From an uncultured Acidimicrobiaceae bacterium (lineage in GTDB: Bacteria; Actinomycetota; Acidimicrobiia; Spongiisociales; UBA5794), in assembly GCA_947259365.1 (NCBI GenBank), contig CAMYMC010000026.1:75162-139161 (forward strand): DNA of 64,000 bases, given 5' to 3'. Positions 29,423 to 39,811 of the stretch are shown here, in pieces. The first letter of the stretch is position 1, and each line of letters begins with the position of its first letter. Below the pieces are notes generated by a model that did no database searches, was not told the origin of the DNA, and saw only the letters and a program-made list of their open reading frames with translations. A program made the position numbers and the translations under genes.

Positions 29423-30378
29423 CGCGGAGCCCCCACTTCGCTCGATCGCATGACCGCAGAGCGAAGCTCACGGTAGACGATGCCGGGGTCGCCGAGGCGT
29501 CTTCGCAGCTCCCGCTCGAGCGCCGCGATCGGGACGAGGTTCTGCGGGGCCCGGGGGTCGACGTGGCCCTCCGAGGCGACGGCGGGGAGGACCGCCGCGG
29601 TGCGGTCGGCGATCCCGGCAGCCCGGTCCGCCGGCAGCGCCGCCGACACCTCCGCCCGCACCACCCCCGTCCAGGCGTGCCCTCCGGGGATGTCGGCGAG
29701 GCGGAGGTACCACGAGTACCGCTCGTAGGCGCCACCCTTGCCGATGAGGAACAGCGGCGTCCGCTGGCCGGCGCGCAGCCGCCCGACGACGGGAGCCCGC
29801 TCGTCCGAGAGGTACGGGGCGCGGTGGCTCTTGATGTAGCCGACCTTCTCGGTCGCGGAGAGGTCGTTGATCGGGCCGTCGCCGACGACGAAGAGACCGG
29901 ACCGGGCGAGGTCCTCCGAGAGCTCGCCCTCGCTGGAGCGCATGGCACCGTGGAACCGCTGGATGAGGGCGCCCGGGTCGTCGTCGGGGACGGACTCGCT
30001 GCGGTATGCGAGCTGAGGGCCGGCGACCGGCACCGGGGCGGCCCGACCGCTGCCGAAGACGGCGAGACGGTGGACGATGGCCTTGTCGATGGTGCTGCGG
30101 GCGGCGGCCCGGTCCCACACGACCGCACCGACACCGTAGCTGCCGCAGATCCCGGGCACCGGGCCCGCCGGGTCGTCGATGGTGAGCCGGGCGTCGATGC
30201 GGCGGACCCCGTCGACGAAGGCGAGGCGCTCGATCCCGTCGTCGACGCCGTCGATGGGTGTCCATCGCCCCGCCGTCTCGACGGTCTCGTCGACCTTCGA
30301 CGGGTCGGCGAGAGCGGCGTCGGCTTCCATGGGGCTGCCGTACTCGGGCGCCCACGTCTCCACGTGCAATCGGGCCAT
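29419..30378 (-). CDS. nurA: NurA-family nuclease
   Basis: FVDGVRR, VGDGP, GYIKS, DPRAPQNLVPIAALE; directly upstream of herA with GTGA overlap. Confidence 0.8.
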   Translation of the reverse strand: MARLHVETWAPEYGSPMEADAALADPSKVDETVETAGRWTPIDGVDDGIERLAFVDGVRRIDARLTIDDPAGPVPGICGSYGVGAVVWDRAAARSTIDKAIVHRLAVFGSGRAAPVPVAGPQLAYRSESVPDDDPGALIQRFHGAMRSSEGELSEDLARSGLFVVGDGPINDLSATEKVGYIKSHRAPYLSDERAPVVGRLRAGQRTPLFLIGKGGAYERYSWYLRLADIPGGHAWTGVVRAEVSAALPADRAAGIADRTAAVLPAVASEGHVDPRAPQNLVPIAALERELRRRLGDPGIVYRELRSAVMRSSEVGAPR

Positions 30379-30493
30379 CGCGGCGACTGTACCCGCAGCG
30401 TGTGACGCGAACCGGCCTCCCCGGGGCCGGAGGGCGTGCCGAATCCGCCCCACGGGCCCGCTGTAGCCTGGCCCCCCTCCCCGACAGGACTCG

Positions 30494-31963
30494 ATGACGA
30501 AGCCGAACCCGCCCCAGCCCCCACCGGGGGTCGACTACGCAAAGCGCTACTGGGTGCTCCTCGCCATCGCCATGGGGATCTTCCTGGGGACGATCGACGG
30601 TTCGATCGTCAACGCGGCGCTGCCGACGCTCGTCGACGAGCTCGACGCCGGGTTTGCCTCCGTGCAGTGGGTCGTCCTCGGCTACCTGCTCACCCAGGCC
30701 ACCCTCGTCCTCATGGTGGGCCGCCTCGGCGACATGATCGGCAAGAAGCGCATCTACACGGCGGGGTTCGCCATGTTCATCGCGGGTTCGATGCTCGCCG
30801 GCCTCGCTCCCGGGGTTGGCTGGCTCATCGCGTTCCGCATCTTCCAGGCCGTCGGAGCTGCCATGATCTTCGCCCTCGGCTTCGCGATCATCACCGAGGC
30901 GTTCCCGCCGTCGGAGCGGGGGAGGGCGCTGGGCATCGGTGGCGCGATCGTCTCGGTCGGAATCGCCATCGGGCCCGCCATCGGCGGGATTCTCATCGAG
31001 GCCCTGTCGTGGCGGTGGATCTTCTTCGTCAATCTCCCCGTCGGCATCATCGGCACCTGGACGGCCCACCGTTTCGTGCCGGACACCCCGCCGCCGGGAC
31101 GGCAACGGTTCGACTTCCCCGGCGCCGCTGCGTTCTTCACCTCCCTCCTCACGCTCATGCTCGCCCTCACGCTCGGTCAGGACCTCGGATTCGGCTCCGG
31201 TCGCATCGTCGCGCTCTTCGTCGCCTCGGCGGTGTCCCTCGTTGGGTTCATCTCGATCGAGCGGCGGGTCGACCAGCCGATGCTCGCGCTGGGGCTCTTC
31301 AGGAATCGCCTGCTCAGCGTCAACCTCGTCACCGGATGGATGGTCTTCGTGGGGATCGCAGGCCTCATCTTCCTCCTTCCCTTCTACCTCCAGCAGGTGC
31401 TCGGCTACGACCCGGGGGCGATGGGAATGCTGCTGACGATCGCACCGATCACACTCGGCCTCGTCGCCCCGGTGTCGGGCACGATCTCGGACCGGATCGG
31501 GCAGCGACCCGTCATCGTCGTCGGACTTGCCGTCCTCGTCGTCGGTTACCTGCTGGCGGCGACCCTCGACGAGACGAGCTCGGTCCTTCACTACGCCGTC
31601 GCGGCGCTTCCCATCGGCGCCGGGATCGGGATCTTCCAGTCCCCGAACAACAGCGCGGTGATGGGTTCGGTGCCCCGGGAGCACCTGGGAGTGATGTCGG
31701 GATCGCTGACGATCACCCGGATCGTCGGTCAGCTCACGGGGATTGCCGTGCTCGGCACCCTCTGGGCGGCACGAGTGAGCGCCGCCGGCGGCGGGACCGA
31801 CCCGACCATCGCACCCGCCGCCACCCAGGTCACCGGGCTCCGCCAGACGATGGTTGCCGTCGCCGTGCTCATGGCCGTCGCCCTCGCCCTCGCCGCATGG
31901 GGAGCGGTGAGCGAGCGGCGGGCCGCCCCGGCCCGGCCGGCGGCTCCGATCCCCGAGTTGTGA
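30494..31963 (+). CDS. MFS efflux transporter, DHA2 (14-TM) type
   Basis: DGSIVNAALP, GRLGDMIGKK, WRWIFFVNLPVG, FQSPNN. Confidence 0.92.
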   Translation: MTKPNPPQPPPGVDYAKRYWVLLAIAMGIFLGTIDGSIVNAALPTLVDELDAGFASVQWVVLGYLLTQATLVLMVGRLGDMIGKKRIYTAGFAMFIAGSMLAGLAPGVGWLIAFRIFQAVGAAMIFALGFAIITEAFPPSERGRALGIGGAIVSVGIAIGPAIGGILIEALSWRWIFFVNLPVGIIGTWTAHRFVPDTPPPGRQRFDFPGAAAFFTSLLTLMLALTLGQDLGFGSGRIVALFVASAVSLVGFISIERRVDQPMLALGLFRNRLLSVNLVTGWMVFVGIAGLIFLLPFYLQQVLGYDPGAMGMLLTIAPITLGLVAPVSGTISDRIGQRPVIVVGLAVLVVGYLLAATLDETSSVLHYAVAALPIGAGIGIFQSPNNSAVMGSVPREHLGVMSGSLTITRIVGQLTGIAVLGTLWAARVSAAGGGTDPTIAPAATQVTGLRQTMVAVAVLMAVALALAAWGAVSERRAAPARPAAPIPEL

Positions 31964-32009
31964 CCCCGCGGCGCCGCCCATAGTCTCGACCCGAGGAGCA
32001 GACCCCCAC

Positions 32010-33026
32010 ATGCGCGTACTCGTCACCGGAGGGACCGGCTACATCGGAAGCCACACCGTCGTGGAACTGCTCACGGCCGGCCACGAGGTCACGATCGTCG
32101 ACAATCTCGCCAACTCCAGCCCCATCGTCGTCGACCGCATCTCCGCCATCACCGGCTCCTCCTTCGACTTCCACAGCATCGACGTACGCGACGAGGCCGG
32201 GCTTGACGACGTCGTCGCCACGGCCGCCTACGACGCCGTGTTGCACTTCGCCGGTCTCAAGTCGGTGGCCGAGTCGGTCGAGCGCCCGCTCGAGTACTTC
32301 GACAACAACGTGACGGGGACCATCACGCTGTGCCGGGTCCTGGCGCGTCGCGGCGTCCGCACGATCGTCTTCTCCTCCTCAGCGACCGTCTACGGTGATC
32401 CACCGAGCCTGCCGCTCACAGAGGCCACCCCTCCCGGCGCTCCGACGAACCCATACGGCAGGACGAAACTCGTCATCGAGGACATCCTCACCGATCTTCA
32501 GCGCGCCGACCGACGGTGGAGCGTGATCCTGTTGCGGTACTTCAACCCGGTCGGCGCCCACGAGTCGGGGCTCGTCGGCGAGGACCCGAAGGGCACACCG
32601 AACAACCTCATGCCGTACCTCGCCCAGGTCGCCGTCGGCAAGCTCGACCGGCTCACGATCCACGGCGACGACTACGCCACACCCGACGGCACCGGGGTCA
32701 GGGACTACATCCACGTCGTCGACCTCGCCGCCGGCCACGTCGCCGCCCTCGAGAAGCTCGTCGGCGTACCGGGCGCTCATGTCTACAACCTCGGCACGGG
32801 GAGCGGCACGTCGGTGCGCGAGCTCGTGGCCGCGTTCGAGACGGCAGCGGGGCGGACGATCCCGACCGTTGTCGGACCGCGTCGCCCCGGCGATGTCGCC
32901 GCCAACTGGTGCGACGCGTCGAAGGCCGCCGCCGAGCTCGGCTGGGTCGCCACCCGAACGACCGCCGACATGTGCCGGGACATGTGGCGCTGGCAGACCC
33001 AGAACCCGGACGGCTACGAGACGTAA
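32010..33026 (+). CDS. galE: UDP-glucose 4-epimerase
   Basis: GGTGYIGSH, SSSATVYG, YGRTK, LRYFNPVGAH, RDYIHV; GAGGAG RBS. Confidence 0.96.
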   Translation: MRVLVTGGTGYIGSHTVVELLTAGHEVTIVDNLANSSPIVVDRISAITGSSFDFHSIDVRDEAGLDDVVATAAYDAVLHFAGLKSVAESVERPLEYFDNNVTGTITLCRVLARRGVRTIVFSSSATVYGDPPSLPLTEATPPGAPTNPYGRTKLVIEDILTDLQRADRRWSVILLRYFNPVGAHESGLVGEDPKGTPNNLMPYLAQVAVGKLDRLTIHGDDYATPDGTGVRDYIHVVDLAAGHVAALEKLVGVPGAHVYNLGTGSGTSVRELVAAFETAAGRTIPTVVGPRRPGDVAANWCDASKAAAELGWVATRTTADMCRDMWRWQTQNPDGYET

Positions 33027-33066
33027 GCGCCCGCGAGGTCAGGCCGCGCCGGCTCGGAGCGTCGGC

Positions 33067-34008
33067 TCACAGCCTCCCGATCCGCTCGACGAGCAGAGCG
33101 AAGAATCCGTCGGCGTCGACGTCGCGCATCACCGTGGCATTGGGCTCCTCGCCGGTGACCCCCCACCAGTCGACGACGGTCATGCCCATCGCCGGCCCCG
33201 GCGCCGTGGCGATCTCGACGTGGCAGCGCCGGCCGGCGAAGAGGCTGGGGTCGAGGAGGTATGCGATGACGCACGGATCGTGAAGGGGGGCGCCCGCCAT
33301 TCCGTACTTGTCGACGTCGTGGCGCTCGAAAAAGCCCAGCAACCCCGCGACCGCCTCGCCGGCAGCGGTGCCGAGAGCGCGAAACGCCTCGGCCCGCTCC
33401 GGGGTCGCCAGAGCCTTGTGGGTGACGTCGAGGGGCATCATCGTGATCGGCACCCCGCTACTGAACACGACGTGAGCAGCGTGGGGATCGACGTAGACGT
33501 TGAACTCGGCCGCCGGCGTCACGTTGCCGCCGGCGAAGAACCCGCCCCCCATCATGACGAGCTCGCACAGCCTCGCTGCGATGTCGGGAGCGACGACCAT
33601 CGCCGTCGCCACGTTGGTGAGGGGCCCCAGGGTCGCGAGGGTGACCTCGCCCGCCGGGGCGGAGCGCACGATGTCGACGATGGCCTCCACGGCGTGATCG
33701 TCGGCGAGCGGTACCACCGGGTCGGGGAGGTGGGCACCGTCGAGCCCGGTCGCGCCGTGGACGTGCTCCGCCGTGACCAGGTCGTTCACCATCGGTCGGG
33801 GGCACCCGGCATGGACCGGCACGTCGGTGCGCCCGGCGAGCTCGACGAGCTTGCGGGCGTTCGCCGTCGTCAGCTGCAGCGGGACGTTTCCGGCGACCGC
33901 GGTCACCGCTCGCACCTCGAGGTCGTCGGGGGAGGCCAGCGCCGTCAGCAGGGCGACGGCGTCGTCCTGACCGGGATCGGTGTCGATGACGATCACCCGT
34001 GCCGGCAT
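33067..34008 (-). CDS. nucleoside hydrolase (IU-NH family)
   Basis: DTDPGQDD, GPLTN, AEFNVYVDP, LHDP. Confidence 0.94.
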   Translation of the reverse strand: MPARVIVIDTDPGQDDAVALLTALASPDDLEVRAVTAVAGNVPLQLTTANARKLVELAGRTDVPVHAGCPRPMVNDLVTAEHVHGATGLDGAHLPDPVVPLADDHAVEAIVDIVRSAPAGEVTLATLGPLTNVATAMVVAPDIAARLCELVMMGGGFFAGGNVTPAAEFNVYVDPHAAHVVFSSGVPITMMPLDVTHKALATPERAEAFRALGTAAGEAVAGLLGFFERHDVDKYGMAGAPLHDPCVIAYLLDPSLFAGRRCHVEIATAPGPAMGMTVVDWWGVTGEEPNATVMRDVDADGFFALLVERIGRL

Positions 34009-34928
34009 CACTCGCTCCCCGGTAGGGGTCCGCCGCCGGCGGCGGCGACCTGGTCCGCAGTGGGGAGCGCCGTCTGCGCGCCACGCTGCGTCGTGGCGAG
34101 GGCACCGGCGACGACGGCCCACCGCACCGCCTCCTCCAGCACCGCTCCCCGGCACACCGCGTCGGCCAGAGCCCCGCAAAAGGCATCCCCCGCCCCGGTC
34201 GTGTCGACGACGTCGACCTCGGGCGCGGTGACGTGGGTCGTCGCGTCCCCAGCGACGAGGAGCGCGCCGTCGCCTCCCAGAGTCACGACGATCGCGCCGG
34301 GGCCGGTCAGCGCCGCCGCCTGGTCGGCCGCCTCTTCGACGGTCGCCGCCTCGTCCCAGCCTCCCAACGTCGCCAGCTCCGAACGGTTCGGCACGAGCAC
34401 GTCGACCCGCTGCAGCAGCGGGGCCGGGAGCGGCCGACCGGGGGCCGGGTTGAGGACGACCCGTTGCCCGGCGGCAACCGCGGCGGCGACGGTCTCGAGC
34501 GGCACCTCCAGCTGGCACAGCACGACGGAAGCGCCGGCAAGCGCCCCGGCGGCAGCGGTGACGTCGGTGGCGCCGAGATGGAGGTTGGCGCCCGGGCTCA
34601 CGACGATGGCGTTCTCCCCGTCGTCGGAGAGCGTGATCAGGGCGAGGCCGGTGCCGGCCGCGACGTCGACGGTGACGTGCTCGATCGCCACCCCCTCGGA
34701 GGCAAGCCGGGAGAGAAGCGCCCGCCCCTCCGCGTCATCGCCCACCCTGCCGACGAGGGCGACGCGCCGGCCGAGCCGGGCGAGTGCAACCGCCTGGTTG
34801 GCGCCCTTCCCGCCGGGGCCGGTCTCGTGGTCGCGGCCGAGCACCGTTTCCCCGGGCCGGGGTCGGCGCGGGACCCGTACGGTGAGATCCCGGTTGATCG
34901 ACCCGACGACGACGACGTCGTATGCCAC
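34008..34928 (-). CDS. rbsK: ribokinase
   Basis: GSINRD, GGKGANQA, LNPAP, DTTGAGDAF. Confidence 0.9.
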   Translation of the reverse strand: MAYDVVVVGSINRDLTVRVPRRPRPGETVLGRDHETGPGGKGANQAVALARLGRRVALVGRVGDDAEGRALLSRLASEGVAIEHVTVDVAAGTGLALITLSDDGENAIVVSPGANLHLGATDVTAAAGALAGASVVLCQLEVPLETVAAAVAAGQRVVLNPAPGRPLPAPLLQRVDVLVPNRSELATLGGWDEAATVEEAADQAAALTGPGAIVVTLGGDGALLVAGDATTHVTAPEVDVVDTTGAGDAFCGALADAVCRGAVLEEAVRWAVVAGALATTQRGAQTALPTADQVAAAGGGPLPGSE

Positions 34929-34980
34929 CGCGGAGAGGCTAGGTGAACCCCCGGCGTGAATCCCCGGCGCCGACCACGCC

Positions 34981-36297
34981 TCAGAGGGCGACGACCCGGA
35001 ACACCGACCCCGACGCACTGAGCACGTAGAGCTCGCCGGCGGCGTCGACGCCGAACGAGGTGAGGTTGGGCACCGTCCCCGGGGCGAACCACTCGCGGGC
35101 GGCGGCGACGGCAGGCCGTGCGGGGCCGCCGAGCTCGGCATCGGGCGCGACGAGCACCGACCGGATCCAGCCGGCGCAGTAGTCGCCGTAGAAGTAGTGG
35201 CCGTCGAGACCGGGGAGCGCCTCCCCGCGGTAGACGACGCCCCCAGTGATCGAGCAGCCCTCGCCGTGGCCGTACGTGAGCGCGGCGGGAACGAGGTCGT
35301 CGAACTCGCACGGGTTCACCGAGAAGCAGGTGTTGCCCTCCAGCAGCGGCCATCCGAAGTTGCGGCGGGCGTCGTCGAGGGACACGACGTCGATCTCCTC
35401 GACGCGTTGCTGGCCCACGTCGGCGATGTAGAGGCGGTCCCCGTCGAAGTCGAACCGCCACGGGTTGCGGAGCCCGATCGCCCACACCTCGGGCGCTCCT
35501 CCGGTGGCGGCGAACGGGTTGTCGGCCGGCGTGGCGTAGGGAGCGGTGACACCCGGCCCGACCGTGATCCGCAGCATCGCGCCGAGCAAGGTGTCGGGGC
35601 GCTGGCCGTTGTCGAAGCGATCATTCGCCGCCCCGCCGTCGCCCATGCCGATCCAGAGGTTGCCGTCCGGCCCGAAGGCGACCATGCCGCCGTTGTGGTT
35701 CGGCGCAGGCTGGTCGATCTCGAGCACGAGCCGGGCGCTGTCGGCGTTCGCCCGATCCGGATCATCGGAGACCGTGAACTCGACAATCCTCGTCGCACCG
35801 CTCCTCGCCGTGTAGTTGACGTAGAACAGGCCGTTCGCGGCGTACTCGGGGTGGAAGGCGAGGCCGAGCAGGCCCCGCTCTCCACCGAAACCGACGTCGG
35901 AGCGGATGTCCAAGAAGACCTCGGGATCGGCACCGGCCAGCACCCAGACCAGGCCGGGCTGATCGACGACGAACCGGCGCCCATCTCGCGGAGGAGACGT
36001 GAGGAAGACGGGCTGATCGAAACCGGAGGCGACCTCCTCGAGCCTCAGCTCGACCGGCAGGGTGGAGGTGACGGTCGTGGGGGCGTCGGGTGGTGCGGTC
36101 GTCTGCAGGGGTGGAGCGGTCGTCCGCGCCGGAGCGGTCGCGGGGGCGTCGGGGGGGGCGGTCGTCTGCGGGGCTGGTACGGTCGTCGCGGTCGGGGGAA
36201 CCGTCACCCCGCCCCCCCGCTCGACGGAGGGAGCCGCAGCGTCGCAGGCCGCGCCGACGACGGCGAGTGCGGCGACGATGGGGACGATCCGGCGCAT
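34981..36297 (-). CDS. PQQ-dependent sugar dehydrogenase (GSDH family) lipoprotein
   Basis: Lipobox GAAC, Pro/Thr linker, GERGLLGLAFHP, NHNGG, GLRNPWR. Confidence 0.9.
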   Translation of the reverse strand: MRRIVPIVAALAVVGAACDAAAPSVERGGGVTVPPTATTVPAPQTTAPPDAPATAPARTTAPPLQTTAPPDAPTTVTSTLPVELRLEEVASGFDQPVFLTSPPRDGRRFVVDQPGLVWVLAGADPEVFLDIRSDVGFGGERGLLGLAFHPEYAANGLFYVNYTARSGATRIVEFTVSDDPDRANADSARLVLEIDQPAPNHNGGMVAFGPDGNLWIGMGDGGAANDRFDNGQRPDTLLGAMLRITVGPGVTAPYATPADNPFAATGGAPEVWAIGLRNPWRFDFDGDRLYIADVGQQRVEEIDVVSLDDARRNFGWPLLEGNTCFSVNPCEFDDLVPAALTYGHGEGCSITGGVVYRGEALPGLDGHYFYGDYCAGWIRSVLVAPDAELGGPARPAVAAAREWFAPGTVPNLTSFGVDAAGELYVLSASGSVFRVVAL

Positions 36298-36354
36298 CCG
36301 GGCAACGGTACCGACCGGTCGGGGCTATGCGGCTCGCCTCCAACCCGCCGCACC

Positions 36355-37716
36355 TCACGTCGTGGTCGTCTCCGCACCCTCGAAGTGCCAGCGCTCGCGC
36401 GACCGGCGCGCCTCATCGACGTCGACCCGGCCGAGAAGGAGCATCCCGGCGACGAAGAAGACCGCGATCGAGACGATGGCGGGCCGGCCCGACCCCGTCG
36501 CTCCGCTCACGATGGCGAACACGAGCGGCCCCCAGATCGCGGAGAACTTCGAGAACACCGTGAAGAAGCCGTAGAACTCGGCGGACGCCTCGACCGGGAT
36601 CATCGTCCCATACAGCGAGCGCGACAGCGCCTGGACACCCCCGAGGACGAGGCCGACGACGGCCGCCAGGGCGAAGAACGGGCCCGAGGCGCCCGCGGGG
36701 AGGAAGAAGGCGGCGACGGCGAGTAGCGACCACACCCCGAGCGAGACCATGATGGCCGGTTTCGTGCCGACGCGGTCGGCGAGCGCGCCGAAGAGCAACG
36801 CTCCCCCGAACGCGACGAACTGGACGATGAGGAACGCGATCGCGATCGTCTCCACCTCGAGCTCGAGCGTCTCTTCTGCGTACACGCCGCTCATCGCGAT
36901 CACGGTCTGGGTGCCGTCGTTGTAGAGGATGAACGCGACAACGAAGAGGAGGAGCTGCCTGAATCCGAGGAGCTTGCGGCCGGTGGCGACGGTCCGCCGA
37001 ACCCCGATCTCGGCGAAGGCGGCGAGCCTCCGCCGCCCGGCGTACTCCGCCGGCAGCGGCTCGGCCTCGCCCACCTCCGGCAGCCGGGACAGCGCGAAGA
37101 ACGTGAACCCAGCCCACCACACCCCGGACCCGAAGATCCCTATGCGAAACGAGGTCTCCGCGGCGAGGCCGGTGACTCCGTCCTCACCGCTCAACAGGGC
37201 GAGCACGAGGACGAGGAAGAGGTAGAGCCCCCCACCGACGTAGCCGAAGGCGAAGCCGCGCGAGGACACGCGGTCGATCGTGGCGTCGGTCGAGATCGAC
37301 GGGAGGAACGCGTCGTAGAACACGTTCGCCGCAACGAAACCGATCTGGGTGACGAGGGCGAGGGCGAGGAAGAGCGGCACCTCGCCCGACGGCACCCAGG
37401 CCACGACGAGCGTGAATCCCGCCCCGACGAGGGCGGCGATCCGGAGGAACCTCCGCTTGGTCGCGGAGAAGTCGGCGACCGCACCGAGCACCGGCATGCC
37501 GAGAAACAGCACTGCGGCGCCGATCGACACGACGAGCCCCCACAGCGTCTGGCCGCTCACGGTCCACCCAAAGAGCCCGTAACCCTCCTCGGGGACGATC
37601 TCGTCGGTGAAGAACGCCGCGGTCACCGCACCGAACGTCGTGATGTACGCCGAGTTCGCCCAGTCGTACATCGCCCAGCCGAAGATGGTCCGGCGATCGC
37701 TGTGCAGTCCCGTCAT
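36355..37716 (-). CDS. MFS transporter (Atg22/UMF1-like)
   Basis: WAMYDWANSAY, ANVFYDAFLP, GFAFGYVGG, QALSRS. Confidence 0.9.
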   Translation of the reverse strand: MTGLHSDRRTIFGWAMYDWANSAYITTFGAVTAAFFTDEIVPEEGYGLFGWTVSGQTLWGLVVSIGAAVLFLGMPVLGAVADFSATKRRFLRIAALVGAGFTLVVAWVPSGEVPLFLALALVTQIGFVAANVFYDAFLPSISTDATIDRVSSRGFAFGYVGGGLYLFLVLVLALLSGEDGVTGLAAETSFRIGIFGSGVWWAGFTFFALSRLPEVGEAEPLPAEYAGRRRLAAFAEIGVRRTVATGRKLLGFRQLLLFVVAFILYNDGTQTVIAMSGVYAEETLELEVETIAIAFLIVQFVAFGGALLFGALADRVGTKPAIMVSLGVWSLLAVAAFFLPAGASGPFFALAAVVGLVLGGVQALSRSLYGTMIPVEASAEFYGFFTVFSKFSAIWGPLVFAIVSGATGSGRPAIVSIAVFFVAGMLLLGRVDVDEARRSRERWHFEGAETTTT

Positions 37717-37787
37717 CGGCCCCCGGTCGTCGGCGATCGCCCGAGGCTACGGCGCCGACAGCACCGGCGCCACGTCCCGCCGGCGGA

Positions 37788-38603
37788 TCATCGCGGCGGC
37801 GGGTCCCCGCGTCGAACCCCGTCGACCCGGACGAGGTGGGAGCGCAGCGCCGTGCTCACCGCTTCCGGCGCCTCGATCGGGGTGAGATGGCCGACACCGG
37901 GGATGACGACGAGGTCGCCGTGAGGGATCGCCTCCGCCATCTCCCGCGCCGTCTCCTCGGGAGCTAGCGAGTCCTCGGCGCCGGTCACGACGAGTGTCGG
38001 CACGGCCAGGGACCCCAGCACATGGGTGCGGTCACTCCGGTCGCGCATCCCGATGAGACAAGCGAGAAGCGTCTCGTACGGCGTCCGCTCCACCATCGTC
38101 CGCAGCCGGGCCCGTGCGGTGATCGACGCCCCCGGCCCGAGCAGCGAGGCGTGCATCTCGGCGCCGAGCAGCGCCCTCCCGGAGCCGACGGCCGTCTGGG
38201 CCAGGAAGTCCCGGCTCGCCTTCGCCTCCTCGTCGTCGCCAATCGCTTTCGTGTTGAGAAGGGCGAGCGACCGCAGGCGGTGGCCGAACAGCTCGGCGAA
38301 GGCGAGCGCCACGTAGCCCCCCATCGAGAGCCCGGCGAGATCGATGCGCTCCGCCCCGAGGTGATCGGCGAGGTGGTCGAGGTCGGAGGCGAGCAGCTCC
38401 ATGGCGAGCCCGGCGCCGGTGACCGCCTCGGAGCCGCCGCAGCCGCGCAGGTCGACGGCGACGACCCGGCGCAGATCGGCGAGCGCCTCGAGCTGGTCGA
38501 GCCACAGCGTCGCGTCGAGCGGAAAGCCGTGCACCAGCACCAGCACGTCCCCGCGGCCTCTCTCCAGATAGTGCATTCGCCGGCCGTTGATGATCGCCTC
38601 CAC
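37788..38603 (-). CDS. alpha/beta hydrolase
   Basis: HGFP, DLRGCG, GLSMGG nucleophile elbow, GHL; GAGGAGG RBS before GTG 38603. Confidence 0.9.
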   Translation of the reverse strand: MEAIINGRRMHYLERGRGDVLVLVHGFPLDATLWLDQLEALADLRRVVAVDLRGCGGSEAVTGAGLAMELLASDLDHLADHLGAERIDLAGLSMGGYVALAFAELFGHRLRSLALLNTKAIGDDEEAKASRDFLAQTAVGSGRALLGAEMHASLLGPGASITARARLRTMVERTPYETLLACLIGMRDRSDRTHVLGSLAVPTLVVTGAEDSLAPEETAREMAEAIPHGDLVVIPGVGHLTPIEAPEAVSTALRSHLVRVDGVRRGDPPPR

Positions 38604-38614
38604 GCCACCTCCTC

Positions 38615-39811
38615 TCAGGACGCCGGTCGGCGCTTCCAGACCGCGATGACGCCGAGGGCGACGAGCCCGAACGTCAGGCTCGCTGCCCACATGACATCGT
38701 ACGAGCCGGTGCTGTCGACCGTCTGCCCGTACACACCGGGAGCGACGGCGAGCCCGACGAGGAACCCGAACAGCACCCTGCCCGAGGCGCGGCCGGCGGC
38801 GGCCGGGCCGACGAGATCGATGACGGCGAGCATCCCGACGGCGTTCCACGAGCTCGATCCGGCGCCGAGCACGACGGCACCGACCCACATCCACGCCGCG
38901 CCCATCCCGGGGGCAGCCAGCATGAGCGCTGCGGCAACGGCGGCGAGCGCCGCGATCCAGCCGAGGGACGCGACGTGGTTGGCGCGCCGCTCAGCATGGA
39001 GTGCCCAGGCGATCCTGCCGACGACTGCGGAGAGGCCGACGACGGCTGCCGCCAGCCCCCCCGCCCGGACGCTGAGACCGAGGGCCTCCTCGGCAAAGAG
39101 CGGGATGAAGATTCCGGCCGCGCCCGAGGCACCGAGCAGGAACCCGTAGCCGGTGAGCCACCACACCGCGACCGGGAGGCGGCCCGGAGGCGCGCTACCC
39201 GCTGTTGCATCCCGGGTGCGGTCGCCGGGGAACACCGCGAGCACCGTGGGGATCGCCGCCAGCGCCACCACCGCGGCACCGGCGAGGGCGACCCTCCACC
39301 CGAATCGCTCGGCGATGACCGGCACCGCGACCCCGCCGGCGAAGATCGCAGCCTGGACGCCGGATTGCTTGACACCAGTGATCACGCCCCGCCGGCCAGG
39401 GGCGACGTGGGTGGCAATGGCCTTGTTCGTCGCCGGATTGGCGCCGGACTGGGCGAGGCCGCCGAGGATCCCGGCGAGGGCGAGAAACCCGAAGCCCGGC
39501 GCGATCGACGTGGCGGCGAACCCGGCGGCCGACAGCGCGAAGACACCGACGACGGCCCGCTTCGGCCCGATGCGGTCGGCGAACCGACCCGCCGCCGGCG
39601 ATGCCAGGCCTCCGGCGAGGACGTTGATGGCGACGATCGTCCCGATGTCGCGGTGGGCGAGGCCGAAATCCTCGATGAGGAACGATGCGATGATCCCGAT
39701 GACCGAGGCGGTGAAGGTGGAGGCGCCCATGGCGAGTAGGAGCAACCCGGCGAACCCGCGCCGCCGCTGCGGGCTCATTCCCTCCACCGGCGGTGCCCAG
39801 GAGTCGGTCAC
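38615..39811 (-). CDS. MFS transporter
   Basis: GRFADRIG motif, NPATN, GVKQSG, about 12 TM segments. Confidence 0.88.
   Translation of the reverse strand: MTDSWAPPVEGMSPQRRRGFAGLLLLAMGASTFTASVIGIIASFLIEDFGLAHRDIGTIVAINVLAGGLASPAAGRFADRIGPKRAVVGVFALSAAGFAATSIAPGFGFLALAGILGGLAQSGANPATNKAIATHVAPGRRGVITGVKQSGVQAAIFAGGVAVPVIAERFGWRVALAGAAVVALAAIPTVLAVFPGDRTRDATAGSAPPGRLPVAVWWLTGYGFLLGASGAAGIFIPLFAEEALGLSVRAGGLAAAVVGLSAVVGRIAWALHAERRANHVASLGWIAALAAVAAALMLAAPGMGAAWMWVGAVVLGAGSSSWNAVGMLAVIDLVGPAAAGRASGRVLFGFLVGLAVAPGVYGQTVDSTGSYDVMWAASLTFGLVALGVIAVWKRRPAS

Noticed and set aside
36060..36210. Repeated QTTAPPDAP units in the PQQ dehydrogenase
   Set aside because: Ordinary low-complexity Pro/Thr lipoprotein linker, not a DNA repeat element
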